From: Pseudomonadales bacterium RIFCSPLOWO2_12_59_9
Lineage (GTDB): Bacteria; Pseudomonadota; Gammaproteobacteria; Pseudomonadales; Pseudomonadaceae
Direction of reading: 5' to 3'
DNA length: 45,156 bases
Assembly: GCA_001830395.1 (NCBI GenBank)
Contig: MHZN01000269.1
Span: 1-45,156, forward strand
Position 1 is the first letter of the stretch. Every line of letters begins with the position of its first letter. The position numbers were made by a program, and so were the translations under genes. Positions 41,701 through 45,156 of the stretch are shown in pieces. Below the pieces are notes generated by a model, which did not search any database, was not told the DNA's origin, and saw only the letters and a list, made by a program, of their open reading frames with translations.

Positions 41701-42734
41701 TGCACGGCGGACAGGTCGATACGTTCACGTGCGGCCAAACTTTGATTGTTGATCAGTGCACCGGCGCTCTGCACGGTGAGACTGTTACCCGCATAGACCT
41801 TGCCGTTGAGTTCGGCGCTGGCAGCCTTGAGCTGAATGTTATTGCTCGCGGCCACCTGGGTCAGATTGAGGTGACCATTGCTATCGATCTGGATATCGCC
41901 CGCACTGGCAGCCATATCGCCGGCCAGTTTTACACCCACACCGGCTTCGGTACCGACCAGGCGAATCGCGCCGGCGTACATGCCGCCCAAGGCCGAGCTG
42001 TCGATAGCCAGTTGCGGTTTAGCCGATCCATCGTCGGCCTTGGCAGTGGCGGCCAGGGTGGTGGCATCCACCTGGTTACGCCCGGTGATTATGTTCAGGC
42101 GATTGGCGTAAATCTCCGCGTTGAGCTTGGTGCTACGGGTAATCAGGTCGAACTGCTCGATATTGCTGGCGTTGAGGCCGGCGCCTTCGATGGTAATAGA
42201 GCCGCCATTCACATCGAAGCTGCTCAGGCGTCCGTTGTCGATCACCGGCTTACCCGTGGTCAACGTGGCGTGTGGGGTGTTGATAAAACCACAGCCATCA
42301 CAGGTAACGCCGTGCGGGTTGGCGATTATGACGTGGGCCGCCTGGCCGGCGACTTCGGTGTAGCCTCGCAGCTGACTGGCATTGCCGCCGGTGACCTCGT
42401 TCAAAATCAGACCGGCAGCGCCATTAGCAAGGTTGGGGTTGCCAACGATGATGCCGCCCAGTTGGGTGCCCTGGGTTCTGCCGGTAACGTTGTTGAGGAT
42501 CAGCCCTTGCGTCTCGACGTTGTAGTCACTGAACTTGTTGTGCGACAGGCCATTGCCATTGGGGGTGGCTATGTTGACGATAGGCACGCCGTTGCCGGCC
42601 TGGCCCAGCTGGGTATTGCTGCCTGCCGCAGCATCAATGGTCAGTTCAGCTGCCGTTGCAACAATCGGATTAAGAAACAAAACACCGATCAATACAGTGG
42701 CTACGTTTTGAAAAAACGGGCAGCGAACATCCAT
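32736..42734 (-). CDS. cdiA: CdiA filamentous hemagglutinin-family CDI exoprotein with DUF637-like pre-toxin region
   Basis: MDVRCPFFQN leader; TPS domain (NIATPNGNGLSHNKF, ANPHGVTCDGCGFIN); LDN..G repeats; RLGDGLYEQRL; WVAQNSTQYN boundary before an AT-richer 276-aa tip. Confidence 0.93.
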   Translation of the reverse strand: MDVRCPFFQNVATVLIGVLFLNPIVATAAELTIDAAAGSNTQLGQAGNGVPIVNIATPNGNGLSHNKFSDYNVETQGLILNNVTGRTQGTQLGGIIVGNPNLANGAAGLILNEVTGGNASQLRGYTEVAGQAAHVIIANPHGVTCDGCGFINTPHATLTTGKPVIDNGRLSSFDVNGGSITIEGAGLNASNIEQFDLITRSTKLNAEIYANRLNIITGRNQVDATTLAATAKADDGSAKPQLAIDSSALGGMYAGAIRLVGTEAGVGVKLAGDMAASAGDIQIDSNGHLNLTQVAASNNIQLKAASAELNGKVYAGNSLTVQSAGALINNQSLAARERIDLSAVQLDNRSLIEAGVEANNTRNTHGDVSIVSQSVRNSGSVLASRDLMVQASQGVNNQVGTLSAVNTTITTGQLDNRSGRVLATSTLKAKAASLDNSQNGLLHSQGSTTLTVDGALNNNQGRVIGLGSLDTHAALVDNRNGLLASQQQVSLTTTTSLNNQAGEVSAKRTDLRVGSLDNRSGKVIGEQLSVIASGLIDNRLGLFSAVNALDLQAAGFDNSAQGTVLSESTLTMNVQGLLDNHDQGNLISHGNQQLNAGQIDNHQAGLISSKGTLNLQSNTTNNQGGQVVANGVLTIKGGSLDNSQRGLISSQTSLLLDLSGALDNHGLGNLISEGGLNVKAASVNNSQAGVLSSAGALQVVSSSLNNQGGKLLTDSSLTVSTGHLDNSHAGVLSANGAMVLTSTDLDNSQAGRITSNAGLKISSGQVNNSAKGRISSLGQIDATLSGLDQHDQGELVSSTGINLDLANGQLINRNGGLLASPGKLLLTHIGSVDNSLGGEISSTSAFSLFTGSLDNSGGKIISGGALQLGIIGYLLNSLKGTISGSTGLIVSAASLDNSAGGTLSSRGDVQVDVQAALDNHNDGAVLASGNLTVNVGSLNNSNKGLLSSGKALQLHSGATNNSQGQIISQATLTAQTADLNNQGGTISSKQALSLTSGDINNSATAVGQVGGLISSEGDLTITGHNLDSSLGGEISAKGDLRLTVAQLIQRQGRLIGEQAVILDLGGGNFDNRGGLLSAHGPLTIAHLAALDNRDLGEISSQQSFTLQANLIDNGEQGRLISAGALVLNAATLRNANGGLLSGWQGLIVQGGSLDNSASGTLSSKQGTLTVNLTGALDNHDQGAMVSLGKQQIGAVSLDNRNGILSTEADLSLDVAGALNNSANGLISAKQDLALLGVHTDINNQSGQLSGASLLLKGNSLDNSAGQITSQGLLDITLIGALINANLARLASGGALTLKAASIDNRSGKLISQDTLTITSGALNNSAGGTLASQQAMTLNLTGALNNQQDGLIFSQLGKLFVTAQSLNNNAGTLQSEGDNQLRISGALSNQAGQISSLNGNLDLQAGSVDNSAGGILNSVKGWIKLVTAGVFDNHAGIIQAQSLDIKADLGIDNHRGHLSALTGENLIVTADFNNQGGGLFAGTLLKVTGQKFFNQGAALGQGGKVGAEQINFSLSGALNNQFGLIESDSTLDLSAASINNVVGSLRALGQTGTAKIVAGSLSNGYGVLESANQDLDLQITSLSNGGGRILHTGSGIFGLSAANVMEAGGSVVSNGTLTMIANSWTNSSVLQAGHLNLNIANFTQTANGQLLAAQGFTGTGTNWVNDGLLASDGFFDLDLTGTYSGAGNLNSLGNLTLVAGGIDLGTAGKIMGGGNTQITSRGTLTNHGRMTSMADLTASAVNLNNYGTLGSADALRVNATNLLNENGLIFSGADMALRVSNFTNLYADVYSLGGLDIALDDLGNKAAMLKNLSGTIESAGDMRIAVADFENAKAVFEMESKLLFGSISIVCVQHCGSSWGDARGQVTLYKNYTSTITQDSQAGTITAGRDLNIVGDTVFNHYSVLSAARNLSITATDVKNEGAVSLSGSGSRIATAAPKEDKSVYYQHVSDVDDFNANYGTQATFAEAAYLALLASFNPYVYAGINDPIQITPDGQQSAPAIIQAGGNVSITATNDISNIVTAPNSAINSGSSRVESTGVNQATQAVVVLNAQLPPDLAQQQINPTTLPGFSLPTGQNGLFRLSGQDAQEGSASGAATGSAGLDIGGRQIDIGQRENTLGSSSATDTTGSDVTDVAGLGGSVPHVQGLPSNTKTSNGHKYLIETNPVITDLKQFMSSDYLLGLLGVDPDNTQKRLGDGLYEQRLIRDAIVARTGQRFIDGLTSDEAMFRYLMGNAIASKTALDLAFGVTLTAAQVAALTHDIVWMEEVVVNGEKVLVPVLYLAQANNRLAPNGALIAGSDVTLIAGNELKNSGTLHAKNNLAASATSINNAGLMEAGQRLDLLATDSIRNAQGGVITGRDVSLTALTGDVINERTVTAYRTAEGSGREHERDFADSAARIEASNRLDISAGRDVSNFGGVLQSRGDLSIDAGRDVILASVEERNAHANGTRVQREQITQLGSEVSAGRDLEINAGRDLTAIASKIEAQRDIALSAGRDVTLAAAANEEHDASKSKDITFQRDKVEQQSTVLKAGGDVAISAGNDLTLLASKVEAGNEAYLVAGNDLSLISANDSDYYLYDMKKKGSWGSKETKRDEVTNVTAVGSEIKTGGDLTLISGGDQLYQGAKLDSGKDLTLDSGGSITFEAVKDSHQESHDESSNSWAWTSMDSKGTVDETLRQSQLTAKGQVLINAVNGLHIDVNQINQQTVSQSIDAMVQADPSMAWLKDAEARGDVDWRQVKELHDSWHESHSGLGGPAMIVIIIIVTYFTAGAASGAIGAASAGTTAGAAGGSMAAATATASAGWANAALSAVAASAASTATVSTINNKGDVGAAVKETFSSDNLKNYIVGGATAGLTAGLFNEWTGTQTGEGTALTDSTSGALANGGQVVVSNPGGLSSLQGVGQFTANQALQNTTSAVLNKALGRDGSLGDALQTSLVNAFTAYGFNLVGDVGVENHLQEGGLSKIGLHALMGGLAAEAAGGDFKTGALVGGVNEALVGHLAEQYADMPKADRDRLLVMNSQLIGVLTTALQDPDADTDKLQTGAWVAQNSTQYNRQLHPNEKELARQLAEASGGKYSAEEIEAQMRLSSITGTDITPTTDLVVKANGIYDPDGNWISLGGDNYLQNFAAANKEIIAYINQTTTAYSWTPEAEYGYSLPPKPDWFGVSEAGPGNRDRLTGYALDEGGGYRVPVAIEGVTYSPRFYPCGSSECIASGANIDFSDVNTLHWMRAADAKSLSDISWVLSAGAIAPSGATVALANLSMASSLLSGYLKQDVPGAITQEVLSAGFEGYAVGRGVGAQVAKQLASGLNAAGVWDTIVDNGKDFFSGD

Positions 42735-42780
42735 GTAAAAACACTCCAAACAACAAGCTAAAACGGAAAGTTAGGGCGAC

Positions 42781-44484
42781 TCAGAAGAACGCTTCAACCC
42801 GGAAATACATCGGGCTTTCTGGCTCAGTGATGTACGACGGGCGTTCAAGTGACTGCGAAAAGGTTACCGACGCCGCCAGATATTGGCCGCGTGCGCTGAG
42901 TTCCAGGGCATTGCCACTCATACGGCCATGAGCCACTGGATTGAACGGACCGTGCTCGATAACCCCGACGTCATAGGCCAGGGTCGCGCCGTACTCTTGC
43001 AGCCAAGGCTGTAGGCTGGTCCAGGCTATCGGCCGACGCCAACGCAGCTGATTGCGCCAATAGCCACCACTGTCACCGGACAGCGACTGCTCCTTGAAAC
43101 CGCGCACCGACGACAACCCACCAATGCTGATGCGTTGCGGGCTGAACAGCACGTCTTCACTCTGTTGGCCGGTGGCCAAGCTGTCGACACTGAACGACTC
43201 GTCCCACAACTGAAAGGGCTGCAGGTAGCTCAGGGTCAGGCTGTATTTGTTGTAGCGGGCAACTGGTTCTGCGCCTTGGGGATGGTTGTTCGCATCCGCG
43301 CCAAAGAGCCCAATGCCACGCTGCCAACCGGCATCCAGGTTGACGAATGCCGAGCCGATACGGCGACCATGGTTAAAGCCCACTTGGCTTTCGGAAAGAT
43401 CCTGACTGGAAACATCTACCAGGCTGTCTTCGATGTAGTTACGTGTACTGGTTTCGCTGACACCAAGGCTGGCGGCGGTCTTGCTCACGCTATCGCGATG
43501 CAACACGCGCTCGGCACGCAGTTGCTGGGTTTTGCTGTCGCCTTTTTGCTCGAAATCAAAATTCGAGGCCTGGCCCAATGAGCGATAGAGGTTTTGGCTG
43601 TAGTTGTAGTTAAACGTCCACCAGCCATAGGGCAGGCTGTAGCCAAGGCTCTGGTTATTGGAGTGGCGCCAGGTATCACTGACCGTGTCGCCACCGGCGC
43701 GCAAGTTCAGCTGATCAGCCAACCCCAATGGACTGTCCCAATCTAGGCCCGCACCCCATTGCTGTTCGCCGGTGCTGTCTTGACCGTCATTGTTGCGATT
43801 GAAATTTACCCGCCATGGTTTGTCGCGCTGGCCCTTGAGCTGTACACGACTACCGCCGACTTCCTGACCGGGTAACAACTCCATCTGCGCCTGGCGCGAT
43901 GGCAAGCGATTAACCTGATCGACCAACTGCTCCAAATCGCGCAGGTTAAGCACTTCGCCGACTTGGCCGGGGAACGTCATACCCAGTTCACGCGGGCTGA
44001 CCACCTCGGAGCTTTCTAAGCCTTCGAGCTTGCCTTCCACCACCATGATTTCCAGCTCGCCATCCGATAGATCCTGCTGCGGCAGGTAGGCGCGAGTGGT
44101 TACATCGCCACGATCAATATATTGATTGGTGATGACCTTCAGCAGCTCATTAAGCTGCCCGGCGCCCAGGCATTTACCCAGGAAGGGTGCCACCAACTCG
44201 TTGCGCACCGATTCACTGAGATGCTCTGCACCCTTGAGCGTAATGCGCTGAATGTCGAAGCAACGGCTATCCGGCGCGCTCGGCGTAACTGGCGTAGTCG
44301 GCGTTACTTGCGGTAGTTGCTGGAGGTCATTGAGGCGTTGCTGCTGCTGCTCAAGCAAGCGTTCCTGGCGTTGACGGATCAAGTCTTGATCGCCTGGAGA
44401 AGGCGGTAGCGAAGCGGCGCTTGCCGCACCACACAGAAGCACGCAAAGCGTCGAAAGAGCACAGAGATGGCGAAGAAAAAGCAC
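42781..44484 (-). CDS. cdiB: CdiB / ShlB-FhaC-HecB two-partner secretion transporter
   Basis: POTRA (CFDIQRITL..YIDRGDVTTRAYL), LNLRDLEQ, SVRGFKE, terminal Phe; likely GTG start at 44484 with signal peptide. Confidence 0.93.
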   Translation of the reverse strand: MLFLRHLCALSTLCVLLCGAASAASLPPSPGDQDLIRQRQERLLEQQQQRLNDLQQLPQVTPTTPVTPSAPDSRCFDIQRITLKGAEHLSESVRNELVAPFLGKCLGAGQLNELLKVITNQYIDRGDVTTRAYLPQQDLSDGELEIMVVEGKLEGLESSEVVSPRELGMTFPGQVGEVLNLRDLEQLVDQVNRLPSRQAQMELLPGQEVGGSRVQLKGQRDKPWRVNFNRNNDGQDSTGEQQWGAGLDWDSPLGLADQLNLRAGGDTVSDTWRHSNNQSLGYSLPYGWWTFNYNYSQNLYRSLGQASNFDFEQKGDSKTQQLRAERVLHRDSVSKTAASLGVSETSTRNYIEDSLVDVSSQDLSESQVGFNHGRRIGSAFVNLDAGWQRGIGLFGADANNHPQGAEPVARYNKYSLTLSYLQPFQLWDESFSVDSLATGQQSEDVLFSPQRISIGGLSSVRGFKEQSLSGDSGGYWRNQLRWRRPIAWTSLQPWLQEYGATLAYDVGVIEHGPFNPVAHGRMSGNALELSARGQYLAASVTFSQSLERPSYITEPESPMYFRVEAFF

Positions 44485-44853
44485 GCGTTTCAGTCCATTG
44501 ATCGGCAAAGGGGCGCGATAGTAACAAGATGTGAGCGAATTGAGTATGTGCTCTCCATACTTGCCCCGATGAGCGGGCACCATATCGCTTGGGCCAAGCT
44601 CAACTTGGTATCGGGGCAATCGCTTTTGGCAAAAGAACGTTTATGCAAATACCAAGGATAAGTGATCGACGCTTAACAGCTCAGCTCAGCCCTGTAAACG
44701 TCGAAGGTGCTGCCATCCTTTTTTCGACACTAAGCAGGCCTACAGGGAATCAATCACCACCCGATGAAATCTTGACCATTACAAGGGCGGTCATCAGACA
44801 GCGCCAAGCGCACGCAGCTTGACGCGCCCCTAGGACTCAGCAGCCATAGCGTA

Positions 44854-45156
44854 TTACTGTATATCCTCGGCCTGCTGCTGTGGCAGCGTGGCACTCCAGA
44901 TGACATACAGCGTTTCCACCCTCGTCTGCCCCTTCTCATAAGCATCGAACGCCGCCTCTACAACAACGGGCTTATCAGGCCATGATTGGCTCACCCCTTG
45001 CGCATCGAAAAGCCGACGCTTGGATGCCTGACTGATGAAGCGCGCCTTGATATCGTCCTCAATCTCTTTGCGATTAGACAGCAGGTGCATGCCGGCATCC
45101 GTGGGAAATGCCACGCATGCCAAGTTGTTCTCCTCAGCGATTTGCGTGGCTACGTC
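44854..45156 (-). CDS. 3' part of a hypothetical protein (start beyond the window)
   Basis: Frame is open from the right edge to the stop at 44854; no recognisable motif. Confidence 0.5.
   Translation of the reverse strand, partial: DVATQIAEENNLACVAFPTDAGMHLLSNRKEIEDDIKARFISQASKRRLFDAQGVSQSWPDKPVVVEAAFDAYEKGQTRVETLYVIWSATLPQQQAEDIQ

Larger units (their letters stand above)
3458..45156. mobile_element. tRNA-integrated genomic island (right end outside the window)
   Basis: att remnant, P4-type integrase, DUF932/YqaJ backbone, and mosaic toxin and metal-resistance cargo with sharp composition shifts. Confidence 0.8.

Noticed and set aside
44485-44619. 45-aa N-terminal extension of CdiB in the ORF track
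   Set aside because: The signal peptide and RBS fit a GTG start at 44484

Overview
This looks like Pseudomonas chromosomal DNA, judged from the tRNA remnant and the CdiA leader style. The first ~3.4 kb is probably core genome: a minus-strand cluster encoding a PP2C phosphatase, a Ser/Thr kinase and a tandem-FHA protein. At ~3458 a duplicated tRNA-Ser 3' end (att site) and a P4-type tyrosine integrase open a genomic island that continues past the right edge. Island cargo, in order: a PD-(D/E)XK nuclease divergent from an SF1 helicase; a small-gene region delimited by short hairpin repeats, one interrupted by a MITE; a glycine-zipper/DUF932/YqaJ/Gp3-like backbone; small orphan genes; an 11-bp-periodic repeat; a two-gene Rhs toxin plus immunity gene; a cusCBA metal-efflux block; an orphan PoNe/PoNi pair; and a complete cdiBAI locus. 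The cus block is led by a Cys/Met-rich uORF ending in RPP and lies between two diverged ~270-bp direct repeats. The best candidate for an under-described system is the split Rhs, in which each half carries its own Sec signal peptide and no T6SS adaptor is present. All family assignments come from motif recognition by eye; no database searches were run.
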